A stretch of 64,000 nt of DNA, taken from the NCBI GenBank assembly GCA_030390025.1, contig CM059433.1, forward strand, positions 4,464,001-4,528,000, written 5' to 3'. The translations under genes and the position numbers were made by a program. How positions within the stretch are numbered: position 1 is the first letter of the stretch; every line of letters begins with the position of its first letter. Positions 22,385-34,700 of this stretch are shown piece by piece. The notes under the pieces were generated by a model that did no database searches, was not told the origin of the DNA, and saw nothing but the letters and a program-made list of their open reading frames with translations. This DNA is from Squalus acanthias. Lineage: Eukaryota.

Positions 22385-25300
22385 CTGAGTGTGTGTGTCT
22401 GAGTGTGTGTCTGAGTGTGTGTGTGTGCATCTGTGTGTGTGTGTCTGTGTGTGTGTGTCTGAGTGTGTGTGTGTGTGTCTGAGAATGTGTGTGTGTGTCT
22501 GAGTGTGTGTGTCTGAGTGTGTGTGTGTGTCTGTGTGTGTGTGTCTGTGTGTGTGTGTCTGAGTGTGTGTGTCTGTGAGTGTGTGTGTGTGTGTGTCTGA
22601 GTGTGTGTGTCTGTGTGTGTGTGTCTGAGTGTGTGTGTCTGTGAGTGTGTGTGTGTGTGTGTGTCTGAGTGTGTGTGTGTGTCTGAGTGTGTGTGTGTGT
22701 GTCTGAGTGTGTGTGAGTGTGTCTGTGAGTGTGTGAGTGTGTCTGTGAGTGTGTGTGTGTGAGTGTGTCTGTGAGTGTGTGTGTGTGAGTGTGTGAGTGT
22801 GTCTGTGAGTGTGTGTGAGTGTGTCTGTGAGTGTGTGTGTGTGTGTCTGAGTGTGTGTGTGTGTGTCTGAGTGTGTGTGTGTGTGTCTGAGTGTGTGTGT
22901 GTGTCTGTGAGTGAGTGTGTGTGAGTGTGTCTGAGTGTGTGTGTGTGTCTGAGTGTGTGTGTGTGTGTGTCTGAGTGTGTGTGTGTGTGTCTGAGTGTGT
23001 GTGTGTGTGTGAGTGTGTGTGTGTGTCTGAGTGTGTGTGTGTGTGAGTGTGTGTGTGAGTGAGTGTGTGTGAGTGTGTCTGAGTGTGTGTGTGTGTGTGT
23101 CTGAGTGTGTGTGTGTGTGTCTGAGTGTGTGTGTGTGTGTCTGAGTGTGTGAGTGAGTGTGTGTGAGTGTGTGTGTGTGTGTGTGTCTGAGTGTGTGTGT
23201 CTGAGTGTGTGTGTGTGTGTCTGAGTGTGTGTGTGTGTGTCTGTGTGTCCGTGTGTGTGTGTCTGAGTGTGAGTGTGAGTGTCTGTGAGTGTGTGTCTGT
23301 GAGTGTGTGTGTGTGTGTCTGTGAGTGTGTGTGTCTGAGTGTGTGTGTGTCTGAGTGTGTGTGTCTGAGTGTGTGTGTCTGAGTGTGTGTGTGTCTGAGT
23401 GTGTGTGTGTCTGTGTGTGTGTGTCTGAGTGTGTGTGTCTGTGAGTGTGTGTGTGTCTGTGAGTGTGTGTGTGTGTCTGAGTGTGTGTGTCTGAGTGTGT
23501 GTGTGTGTCTGTGTGTGTGTCTGTGTGTGTGTGTCTGTGTGTGTCTGTGAGTGTGTGTGTGTGTGTGTGTCTGTGAGTGTGTGTGTGTGTGTCTGAGTGT
23601 GTGTGTCTGAGTGTGTGTGTGTGTCTGAGTGTGTGTGTCTGAGTGTGTGTGTGTCTGAGTGTGTGTGTCTGAGTGTGTGTGAGTGTGTGTGTCTGAGTGT
23701 GTGTGTGTCTGTGTGTGTGTGTGTGTGTGTGTGTCTGAGTGTGTCTGTGAGTGTGTGTGAGTGTGTCTGTGAGTGTGTGTGTGTGTGTCTGAGTGTGTGT
23801 GTGTGTGTCTGAGTGTGTGTGTGTGTGTCTGAGTGTGTGTGTGTGTCTGTGAGTGAGTGTGTGTGAGTGTGTCTGAGTGTGTGTGTGTGTGTCTGAGTGT
23901 GTGTGTGTGTGTCTGAGTGTGTGTGTGTGTGTCTGAGTGTGTGTGTGTGTGTGAGTGTGTGTGTGTGTCTGAGTGTGTGTGTGTGTGTGAGTGTGTGTGT
24001 GAGTGAGTGTGTGTGAGTGTGTCTGAGTGTGTGTGTGTGTGTGTCTGAGTGTGTGTGTGTGTGTCTGAGTGTGTGTGTGTGTGTCTGAGTGTGTGTGTGT
24101 GTGTCTGTGAGTGTGTGAGTGAGTGTGTGTGAGTGTGTGTGTGAGTGTGTGTCTGAGTGTGTGTGTCTGAGTGTGTGTGTGTGTGTCTGAGTGTGTGTGT
24201 GTGTGTCTGTGTGTCCGTGTGTGTGTGTCTGAGTGTGAGTGTGTGTGTCTGTGAGTGTGTGTCTGTGAGTGTGTGTGTGTGTGTCTGTGTCTGAGTGTGT
24301 GTGTCTGAGTGTGTGTGTCTGAGTGTGTGTGTGTCTGAGTGTGTGTGTGTCTGTGTGGGTGTGTCTGAGTGTGTGTATCTGTGAGTGTGTGTGTGTCTGT
24401 GAGTGTGTGTGCGTGTCTGAGTGTGTGTGTCTGAGTGTGTGTGTGTGTCTGTGTGTGTGTCTGTGTGTGTGTGTCTGTGTGTGTCTGTGAGTGTGTGTGT
24501 GTGTGTGTGTCTGTGAGTGTGTGTGTGTGTGTGTCTGAGTGTGTGTGTCTGAGTGTGTGTGTGTGTCTGAGTGTGTGTGTCTGAGTGTGTGTGTGTCTGA
24601 GTGTGTGTGTCTGAGTGTGTGTGAGTGTGTGTGTCTGAGTGTGTGTGTGTCTGTGTGTGTGTGTGTGTGTGTGTGTCTGAGTGTGTGTGTGTGTGTGTGT
24701 GTCTGTGTGTCTGTGAGTGTGTGTCTGTGAGTGTGTGTGTGTGAGTGTGTGTATCTGTGAGTGTGTGTGTGAGTGTGAGTGTGTGTCTGTGAGTGTGTGT
24801 GTGTGTGTGTGTGTGTCTGTGAGTGTGTGTCTGTGAGTGTGTGTGTGTGAGTGTGTGTATCTGTGAGTGTGTGTGTGAGTGTGAGTGTGTGTCTGTGAGT
24901 GTGTGTGTGTGTGTGAGTGTGTGTGTGTCTGTGAGTGTGTGTGTGTGTGTCTGTGAGTGTGTGTGTGTGTGTGTGTCTGAGTGTGTGTCTGTGTGTGTGT
25001 GTGTCTGTGAGTGTGTGTGTCTGTGAGTGTGTGTGTGTGTCTGAGTGTGTGTGTGTCTGTGAGTGTGTGTGTGTGTGTGTCTGAGTGTGTGTCTGTGTGT
25101 GTGTGTGTCTGTGAGTGTGTGTGTCTGTGAGTGTGTGTGTGTGTCTGTGAGTGTGTGTGTGTGTCTGTGAGTGTGTGTGTCTGTGTGTGTCTGTGTCTGT
25201 GAGTGTGTGTGTGTCTGTGAGTGTGTGTGTGTCTGTGAGTGTGTGTGTCTGTCTGTGTGTGTGTGTGTCTGTGAGTGTGTGTGTGTGTGTGTCTGTGTGT

Positions 25301-28300
25301 GTGTGTGTCTGAGTGTGTGTGTGTGTGTCTGTGAGTGTGTGTCTGAGTGTGTGTGTGTGTCTGTGAGTGTGTGTGTCTGTGAGTGTGTGTCTGTGTGTGT
25401 GTGTGTGTGAGTGTGTGTGTCTGAGTGTGTGTGTGTGTCTGTGAGTGTGTGTGTGTGTGTCTGTGAGTGTGTGTGTCTGAGTGTGTGTGTGTCTGAGTGT
25501 GTGTGTCTGAGTGTGTGTGTGTCTGAGTGTGTGTGTGTCTGTGTGTGTGTGTCTGAGTGTGTGTGTCTGTGAGTGTGTGTGTGTCTGTGAGTGTGTGTGT
25601 GTGTGTCTGAGTGTGTGTGTCTGAGTGTGTGTGTGTGTCTGTGTGTGTGTCTGTGTGTGTGTGTCTGTGTGTGTCTGTGAGTGTGTGTGTGTGTGTGTCT
25701 GTGAGTGTGTGTGTGTGTGTCTGAGTGTGTGTGTCTGAGTGTGTGTGTGTGTGTCTGAGTGTGTGTGTGTGTCTGAGTGTGTGTGTCTGAGTGTGTGTCT
25801 GAGTGTGTGTGTGTGTGCGTCTGTGTGTGTGCGTCTGTGTGTGTGTGTCTGAGTGTGTGTGTCTGTGAGTGTGTGTGTGTCTGAGTGTGTGTGTGTCTGA
25901 GTGTGTGTGTGTGTGTCTGAGTGTGTGTGTCTGAGTGTGTGTGTGTGTGTCTGAGTGTGTGTGTGTGTGTCTGTGTGTGTGTGTCTGTGTGTGTGTGTCT
26001 GAGTGTGTGTGTCTGTGAGTGTGTGTGTGTGTGTGTCTGAGTGTGTGTGTCTGTGTGTGTGTGTCTGTGAGTGTGTGTGTGTGTGTGTGTGTCTGAGTGT
26101 GTGTGTGTGTGTCTGAGTGTGTGTGTGTGTGTCTGAGTGTGTGTGAGTGTGTCTGTGAGTGTGTGAGTGTGTCTGTGAGTGTGTGTGTGTGAGTGTGTCT
26201 GTGAGTGTGTGTGTGTGAGTGTGTGAGTGTGTCTGTGAGTGTGTGTGAGTGTGTCTGTGAGTGTGTGTCTGTGAGTGTGTGTGTGTGTGTCTGAGTGTGT
26301 GTGTGTGTGTCTGAGTGTGTGTGTGTGTGTCTGAGTGTGTGTGTGTGTGTGTCAGTGTGTGTGTGTGTCTGTGAGTGTGTGAGTGTGTGTCTGTGAGTGT
26401 GTGTGTGTGAGTGTGTGTATCTGTGAGGGTGTGTGTGAGTGTGAGTGTGTGTCTGTGAGTGTGTGTGTGTGAGTGAGTGTGAGTGTGTGTGTGTGTGTGT
26501 GAGTGTGTGTGTGTGTGAGTGTGTGTGTGAGTGTGTGTGTGTCTGTGAGTGTGTGTGTGTGTGTCTGTGAGTGTGTGTGTGTGTGTCTGAGTGTGTGTGT
26601 GTGTGAGTGTGTGTGTGAGTGTGTGTGTGTCTGTGAGTGTGTGTGTGTGTGTCTGTGAGTGTGTGTGTGTGTGTGTGTCTGAGTGTGTGTCTGTGTGTGT
26701 GTGTGTCTGTGAGTGTGTGTGTGTGTGTCTGAGTGTGTGTCTGTGTGTGTGTGTGTCTGTGAGTGTGTGTGTCTGTGAGTGTGTGTGTGTGTCTGTGAGT
26801 GTGTGTGTGTGTCTGAGTGTGTGTGTGTCTGTGTCTGTGAGTGTGTGTGTGTCTGTGAGTGTGTGTGTGTCTGTGAGTGTGTGTGTGTCTGTGAGTGTGT
26901 GTGTCTGAGTGTGTGTCTGTCTGTGTGTGTGTGTGTCTGTGAGTGTGTGTGTGTGTCTGTGAGTGTGTGTGTGTGTCATGTGTGTGGGTGTGTCTGAGTG
27001 TGTGTGTGTGTGTCTGTGAGTGTGTGTGTGTGTCTGTGAGTGTGTGTCTGAGTGTGTGTGTGTGTCTGTGAGTGTGTGTGTGAGTGTGTGTGTCTGAGTG
27101 TGTGTGTGTGTCTGTGAGTGTGTGTGTGTGTGTCTGTGAGTGTGTGTGTCTGTGAGTGTGTGTGTCTGAGTGTGTGTGTGTCTGAGTGTGTGTGTCTGAG
27201 TGTGTGTGTGTCTGAGTGTGTGTGTGTCTGTGTGTGTGTGTCTGTGAGTGTGTGTGTGTCTGTGAGTGTGTGTGTGTGTCTGAGTGTGTGTGTCTGAGTG
27301 TGTGTGTCTGAGTGTGTGTGTGTGTCTGTGTGTGTGTCTGTGTGTGTGTGTCTGTGTGTGTCTGTGAGTGTGTGTGTGTGTGTGTGTGTGTCTGAGTGTG
27401 TGTGTCTGAGTGTGTGTCTGAGTGTGTGTGTGTGCATCTGTGTGTGTGTGTCTGTGTGTGTGTGTCTGAGTGTGTGTGTGTGTGTCTGAGAATGTGTGTG
27501 TGTGTCTGAGTGTGTGTGTCTGAGTGTGTGTGTGTGTCTGTGTGTGTGTGTCTGTGTGTGTGTGTCTGAGTGTGTGTGTCTGTGAGTGTGTGTGTGTGTG
27601 TGTCTGAGTGTGTGTGTCTGTGTGTGTGTGTCTGAGTGTGTGTGTCTGTGAGTGTGTGTGTGTGTGTGTGTCTGAGTGTGTGTGTGTGTCTGAGTGTGTG
27701 TGTGTGTGTCTGAGTGTGTGTGAGTGTGTCTGTGAGTGTGTGAGTGTGTCTGTGAGTGTGTGTGTGTGAGTGTGTCTGTGAGTGTGTGTGTGTGAGTGTG
27801 TGAGTGTGTCTGTGAGTGTGTGTGAGTGTGTCTGTGAGTGTGTGTGTGTGTGTCTGAGTGTGTGTGTGTGTGTCTGAGTGTGTGCGTGTGTGTCTGAGTG
27901 TGTGTGTGTGTCTGTGAGTGAGTGTGTGTGAGTGTGTCTGAGTGTGTGTGTGTGTCTGAGTGTGTGTGTGTGTGTCTGAGTGCGTGTGTGTGTGTCTGAG
28001 TGTGTGTGTGTGTGTGAGTGTGTGTGTGTGTCTGAGTGTGTGTGTGTGTGTGAGTGTGTGTGTGAGTGAGTGTGTGTGAGTGTGTCTGAGTGTGTGTGTG
28101 TGTGTGTCTGAGTGTGTGTGTGTGTGTCTGAGTGTGTGTGTGTGTGTCTGAGTGTGTGTGTGTGTGTCTGTGAGTGTGTGAGTGAGTGTGTGTGAGTGTG
28201 TGTGTGAGTGTGTGTCTGAGTGTGTGTGTCTGAGTGTGTGTGTGTGTGTCTGAGTGTGTGTGTGTGTGTCTGTGTGTCCGTGTGTGTGTGTCTGAGTGTG

Positions 28301-28733
28301 AGTGTGAGTGTCTGTGAGTGTGTGTCTGTGAGTGTGTGTGTGTGTGTCTGTGAGTGTGTGTGTCTGAGTGTGTGTGTGTCTGAGTGTGTGTGTCTGAGTG
28401 TGTGTGTCTGAGTGTGTGTGTGTCTGAGTGTGTGTGTGTCTGTGTGTGTGTGTCTGAGTGTGTGTGTCTGTGAGTGTGTGTGTGTCTGTGAGTGTGTGTG
28501 TGTGTCTGAGTGTGTGTGTCTGAGTGTGTGTGTGTGTCTGTGTGTGTGTCTGTGTGTGTGTGTCTGTGTGTGTCTGTGAGTGTGTGTGTGTGTGTGTGTC
28601 TGTGAGTGTGTGTGTGTGTGTCTGAGTGTGTGTGTCTGAGTGTGTGTGTGTGTCTGTGTGTGTGTGTCTGAGTGTGTGTGTGTCTGAGTGTGTGTGTCTG
28701 AGTGTGTGTGAGTGTGTGTGTCTGAGTGTGTGT

Positions 28734-28765
<32 letters not shown>

Positions 28766-31700
28766 CTGAGTGTGTCTGTGAGTGTGTGTGAGTGTGTCTG
28801 TGAGTGTGTGTGTGTGTGTCTGAGTGTGTGTGTGTGTGTCTGAGTGTGTGTGTGTGTGTCTGAGTGTGTGTGTGTGTCTGTGAGTGAGTGTGTGTGAGTG
28901 TGTCTGAGTGTGTGTGTGTGTCTGAGTGTGTGTGTGTGTGTCTGAGTGTGTGTGTGTGTGTCTGAGTGTGTGTGTGTGTGTGAGTGTGTGTGTGTGTCTG
29001 AGTGTGTGTGTGTGTGTGAGTGTGTGTGTGAGTGAGTGTGTGTGAGTGTGTCTGAGTGTGTGTGTGTGTGTGTCTGAGTGTGTGTGTGTGTGTCTGAGTG
29101 TGTGTGTGTGTGTCTGAGTGTGTGTGTGTGTGTCTGTGAGTGTGTGAGTGAGTGTGTGTGAGTGTGTGTGTGAGTGTGTGTCTGAGTGTGTGTGTCTGAG
29201 TGTGTGTGTGTGTGTCTGAGTGTGTGTGTGTGTGTCTGTGTGTCCGTGTGTGTGTGTCTGAGTGTGAGTGTGTGTGTCTGTGAGTGTGTGTCTGTGAGTG
29301 TGTGTGTGTGTGTCTGTGAGTGTGTGTGTCTGAGTGTGTGTGTGTCTGAGTGTGTGTGTCTGAGTGTGTGTGTCTGAGTGTGTGTGTGTCTGAGTGTGTG
29401 TGTGTCTGTGTGTGTGTGTCTGAGTGTGTGTGTCTGTGAGTGTGTGTGTGTCTGTGAGTGTGTGTGTGTGTCTGAGTGTGTGTGTCTGAGTGTGTGTGTG
29501 TGTCTGTGTGTGTGTCTGTGTGTGTGTGTCTGTGTGTGTCTGTGAGTGTGTGTGTGTGTGTGTGTCTGTGAGTGTGTGTGTGTGTGTCTGAGTGTGTGTG
29601 TCTGAGTGTGTGTGTGTGTCTGAGTGTGTGTGTCTGAGTGTGTGTGTGTCTGAGTGTGTGTGTCTGAGTGTGTGTGAGTGTGTGTGTCTGAGTGTGTGTG
29701 TGTCTGTGTGTGTGTGTGTGTGTGTGTCTGAGTGTGTGTGTGTGTGTGTGTGTCTGTGTGTCTGTGAGTGTGTGTCTGTGAGTGTGTGTGTGTGAGTGTG
29801 TGTATCTGTGAGTGTGTGTGTGAGTGTGAGTGTGTGTCTGTGAGTGTGTGTGTGTGTGTGTGTGTGTCTGTGAGTGTGTGTCTGTGAGTGTGTGTGTGTG
29901 AGTGTGTGTATCTGTGAGTGTGTGTGTGAGTGTGAGTGTGTGTCTGTGAGTGTGTGTGTGTGTGTGAGTGTGTGTGTGTCTGTGAGTGTGTGTGTGTGTG
30001 TCTGTGAGTGTGTGTGTGTGTGTGTGTCTGAGTGTGTGTCTGTGTGTGTGTGTGTCTGTGAGTGTGTGTGTCTGTGAGTGTGTGTGTGTGTCTGAGTGTG
30101 TGTGTGTCTGTGAGTGTGTGTGTGTGTGTGTCTGAGTGTGTGTCTGTGTGTGTGTGTGTCTGTGAGTGTGTGTGTCTGTGAGTGTGTGTGTGTGTCTGTG
30201 AGTGTGTGTGTGTGTCTGAGTGTGTGTGTGTCTGTGTGTGTCTGTGTCTGTGAGTGTGTGTGTGTCTGTGAGTGTGTGTGTGTCTGTGAGTGTGTGTGTC
30301 TGTCTGTGTGTGTGTGTGTCTGTGAGTGTGTGTGTGTGTGTGTGTGTCTGAGTGTGTGTGTGTGTCTGTGAGTGTGTGTGTGTGTGTCTGTGAGTGTGTG
30401 TGTCTGTGAGTGTGTGTCTGAGTGTGTGTGTGTGTCTGTGAGTGTGTGTGTGAGTGTGTGTGTCTGAGTGTGTGTGTGTGTCTGTGAGTGTGTGTGTGTG
30501 TGTCTGTGAGTGTGTGTGTCTTTGAGTGTGTGTGTCTGAGTGTGTGTGTGTCTGAGTGTGTGTGTCTGAGTGTGTGTGTGTCTGAGTGTGTGTGTGTCTG
30601 TGTGTGTGTGTCTGTGAGTGTGTGTGTGTCTGTGAGTGTGTGTGTGTGTGTCTGAGTGTGTGTGTCTGAGTGTGTGTGTCTGAGTGTGTGTGTGTGTCTG
30701 TGTGTGTGTCTGTGTGTGTGTGTCTGTGTGTGTCTGTGAGTGTGTGTGTGTGTGTGTGTGTCTGAGTGTGTGTGTCTGAGTGTGTGTCTGAGTGTGTGTG
30801 TGTGCATCTGTGTGTGTGTGTCTGTGTGTGTGTGTCTGAGTGTGTGTGTGTGTGTCTGAGAATGTGTGTGTGTGTCTGAGTGTGTGTGTCTGAGTGTGTG
30901 TGTGTGTCTGTGTGTGTGTGTCTGTGTGTGTGTGTCTGAGTGTGTGTGTCTGTGAGTGTGTGTGTGTGTGTGTCTGAGTGTGTGTGTCTGTGTGTGTGTG
31001 TCTGAGTGTGTGTGTCTGTGAGTGTGTGTGTGTGTGTGTGTCTGAGTGTGTGTGTGTGTCTGAGTGTGTGTGTGTGTGTCTGAGTGTGTGTGAGTGTGTC
31101 TGTGAGTGTGTGAGTGTGTCTGTGAGTGTGTGTGTGTGAGTGTGTCTGTGAGTGTGTGTGTGTGAGTGTGTGAGTGTGTCTGTGAGTGTGTGTGAGTGTG
31201 TCTGTGAGTGTGTGTGTGTGTGTCTGAGTGTGTGTGTGTGTGTCTGAGTGTGTGCGTGTGTGTCTGAGTGTGTGTGTGTGTCTGTGAGTGAGTGTGTGTG
31301 AGTGTGTCTGAGTGTGTGTGTGTGTCTGAGTGTGTGTGTGTGTGTCTGAGTGCGTGTGTGTGTGTCTGAGTGTGTGTGTGTGTGTGAGTGTGTGTGTGTG
31401 TCTGAGTGTGTGTGTGTGTGTGAGTGTGTGTGTGAGTGAGTGTGTGTGAGTGTGTCTGAGTGTGTGTGTGTGTGTGTCTGAGTGTGTGTGTGTGTGTCTG
31501 AGTGTGTGTGTGTGTGTCTGAGTGTGTGTGTGTGTGTCTGTGAGTGTGTGAGTGAGTGTGTGTGAGTGTGTGTGTGAGTGTGTGTCTGAGTGTGTGTGTC
31601 TGAGTGTGTGTGTGTGTGTCTGAGTGTGTGTGTGTGTGTCTGTGTGTCCGTGTGTGTGTGTCTGAGTGTGAGTGTGAGTGTCTGTGAGTGTGTGTCTGTG

Positions 31701-34700
31701 AGTGTGTGTGTGTGTGTCTGTGAGTGTGTGTGTCTGAGTGTGTGTGTGTCTGAGTGTGTGTGTCTGAGTGTGTGTGTCTGAGTGTGTGTGTGTCTGAGTG
31801 TGTGTGTGTCTGTGTGTGTGTGTCTGAGTGTGTGTGTCTGTGAGTGTGTGTGTGTCTGTGAGTGTGTGTGTGTGTCTGAGTGTGTGTGTCTGAGTGTGTG
31901 TGTGTGTCTGTGTGTGTGTCTGTGTGTGTGTGTCTGTGTGTGTCTGTGAGTGTGTGTGTGTGTGTGTGTCTGTGAGTGTGTGTGTGTGTGTCTGAGTGTG
32001 TGTGTCTGAGTGTGTGTGTGTGTCTGAGTGTGTGTGTCTGAGTGTGTGTGTGTCTGAGTGTGTGTGTCTGAGTGTGTGTGAGTGTGTGTGTCTGAGTGTG
32101 TGTGTGTCTGTGTGTGTGTGTGTGTGTGTGTCTGAGTGTGTGTGTGAGTGTGTGTGAGTGTGTCTGTGAGTGTGTGTGTGTGTGTCTGAGTGTGTGTGTG
32201 TGTGTCTGAGTGTGTGTGTGTGTGTCTGAGTGTGTGTGTGTGTCTGTGAGTGAGTGTGTGTGAGTGTGTCTGAGTGTGTGTGTGTGTCTGAGTGTGTGTG
32301 TGTGTGTCTGAGTGTGTGTGTGTGTGTCTGAGTGTGTGTGTGTGTGTGAGTGTGTGTGTGTGTCTGAGTGTGTGTGTGAGTGAGTGTGTGTGAGTGTGTC
32401 TGAGTGTGTGTGTGTGTGTGTCTGAGTGTGTGTGTGTGTGTCTGAGTGTGTGTGTGTGTGTCTGAGTGTGTGTGTGTGTGTCTGTGAGTGTGTGAGTGAG
32501 TGTGTGTGAGTGTGTGTGTGAGTGTGTGTCTGAGTGTGTGTGTCTGAGTGTGTGTGTGTGTGTCTGAGTGTGTGTGTGTGTGTCTGTGTGTCCGTGTGTG
32601 TGTGTCTGAGTGTGAGTGTGTGTGTCTGTGAGTGTGTGTCTGTGAGTGTGTGTGTGTGTGTCTGTGAGTGTGTGTGTCTGAGTGTGTGTGTGTCTGAGTG
32701 TGTGTGTCTGAGTGTGTGTGTCTGAGTGTGTGTGTGTCTGAGTGTGTGTGTGTCTGTGTGTGTGTGTCTGAGTGTGTGTGTCTGTGAGTGTGTGTGTGTC
32801 TGTGAGTGTGTGTGTGTGTCTGAGTGTGTGTGTCTGAGTGTGTGTGTGTGTCTGTGTGTGTGTCTGTGTGTGTGTGTCTGTGTGTGTCTGTGAGTGTGTG
32901 TGTGTGTGTGTGTCTGTGAGTGTGTGTGTGTGTGTCTGAGTGTGTGTGTCTGAGTGTGTGTGTGTGTCTGAGTGTGTGTGTCTGAGTGTGTGTGTGTCTG
33001 AGTGTGTGTGTCTGAGTGTGTGTGAGTGTGTGTGTCTGAGTGTGTGTGTGTCTGTGTGTGTGTGTGTGTGTGTGTGTCTGAGTGTGTGTGTGTGTGTGTG
33101 TGTCTGTGTGTCTGTGAGTGTGTGTCTGTGAGTGTGTGTGTGTGAGTGTGTGTATCTGTGAGTGTGTGTGTGAGTGTGAGTGTGTGTCTGTGAGTGTGTG
33201 TGTGTGTGTGTGTGTGTCTGTGAGTGTGTGTCTGTGAGTGTGTGTGTGTGAGTGTGTGTATCTGTGAGTGTGTGTGTGAGTGTGAGTGTGTGTCTGTGAG
33301 TGTGTGTGTGTGTGTGAGTGTGTGTGTGTCTGTGAGTGTGTGTGTGTGTGTCTGTGAGTGTGTGTGTGTGTGTGTGTCTGAGTGTGTGTCTGTGTGTGTG
33401 TGTGTCTGTGAGTGTGTGTGTCTGTGAGTGTGTGTGTGTGTCTGAGTGTGTGTGTGTCTGTGAGTGTGTGTGTGTGTGTGTCTGAGTGTGTGTCTGTGTG
33501 TGTGTGTGTCTGTGAGTGTGTGTGTCTGTGAGTGTGTGTGTGTGTCTGTGAGTGTGTGTGTGTGTCTGAGTGTGTGTGTGTCTGTGTGTGTCTGTGTCTG
33601 TGAGTGTGTGTGTGTCTGTGAGTGTGTGTGTGTCTGTGAGTGTGTGTGTCTGTCTGTGTGTGTGTGTGTCTGTGAGTGTGTGTGTGTGTGTGTGTGTCTG
33701 TGTGTGTGTGTGTCTGAGTGTGTGTGTGTGTGTCTGTGAGTGTGTGTCTGAGTGTGTGTGTGTGTCTGTGAGTGTGTGTGTCTGTGAGTGTGTGTCTGTG
33801 TGTGTGTGTGTGTGAGTGTGTGTGTCTGAGTGTGTGTGTGTGTCTGTGAGTGTGTGTGTGTGTGTCTGTGAGTGTGTGTGTCTGAGTGTGTGTGTGTCTG
33901 AGTGTGTGTGTCTGAGTGTGTGTGTGTCTGAGTGTGTGTGTGTCTGTGTGTGTGTGTCTGAGTGTGTGTGTCTGTGAGTGTGAGTGTGTCTGTGAGTGTG
34001 TGTGTGTGTGTCTGAGTGTGTGTGTGTGTGTCTGAGTGTGTGTGTGTGTGTCTGAGTGTGTGTGTGTGTCTGTGAGTGAGTGTGTGTGAGTGTGTCTGAG
34101 TGTGTGTGTGTGTCTGAGTGTGTGTGTGTGTGTCTGAGTGTGTGTGTGTGTGTCTGAGTGTGTGTGTGTGTGTGAGTGTGTGTGTGTGTCTGAGTGTGTG
34201 TGTGTGTGTGAGTGTGTGTGTGAGTGAGTGTGTGTGAGTGTGTCTGAGTGTGTGTGTGTGTGTGTCTGAGTGTGTGTGTGTGTGTCTGAGTGTGTGTGTG
34301 TGTGTCTGAGTGTGTGTGTGTGTGTCTGTGAGTGTGTGAGTGAGTGTGTGTGAGTGTGTGTGTGAGTGTGTGTCTGAGTGTGTGTGTCTGAGTGTGTGTG
34401 TGTGTGTCTGAGTGTGTGTGTGTGTGTCTGTGTGTCCGTGTGTGTGTGTCTGAGTGTGAGTGTGTGTGTCTGTGAGTGTGTGTCTGTGAGTGTGTGTGTG
34501 TGTGTCTGTGAGTGTGTGTGTCTGAGTGTGTGTGTGTCTGAGTGTGTGTGTCTGAGTGTGTGTGTCTGAGTGTGTGTGTGTCTGAGTGTGTGTGTGTCTG
34601 TGTGTGTGTGTCTGAGTGTGTGTGTCTGTGAGTGTGTGTGTGTCTGTGAGTGTGTGTGTGTGTCTGAGTGTGTGTGTCTGAGTGTGTGTGTGTGTCTGTG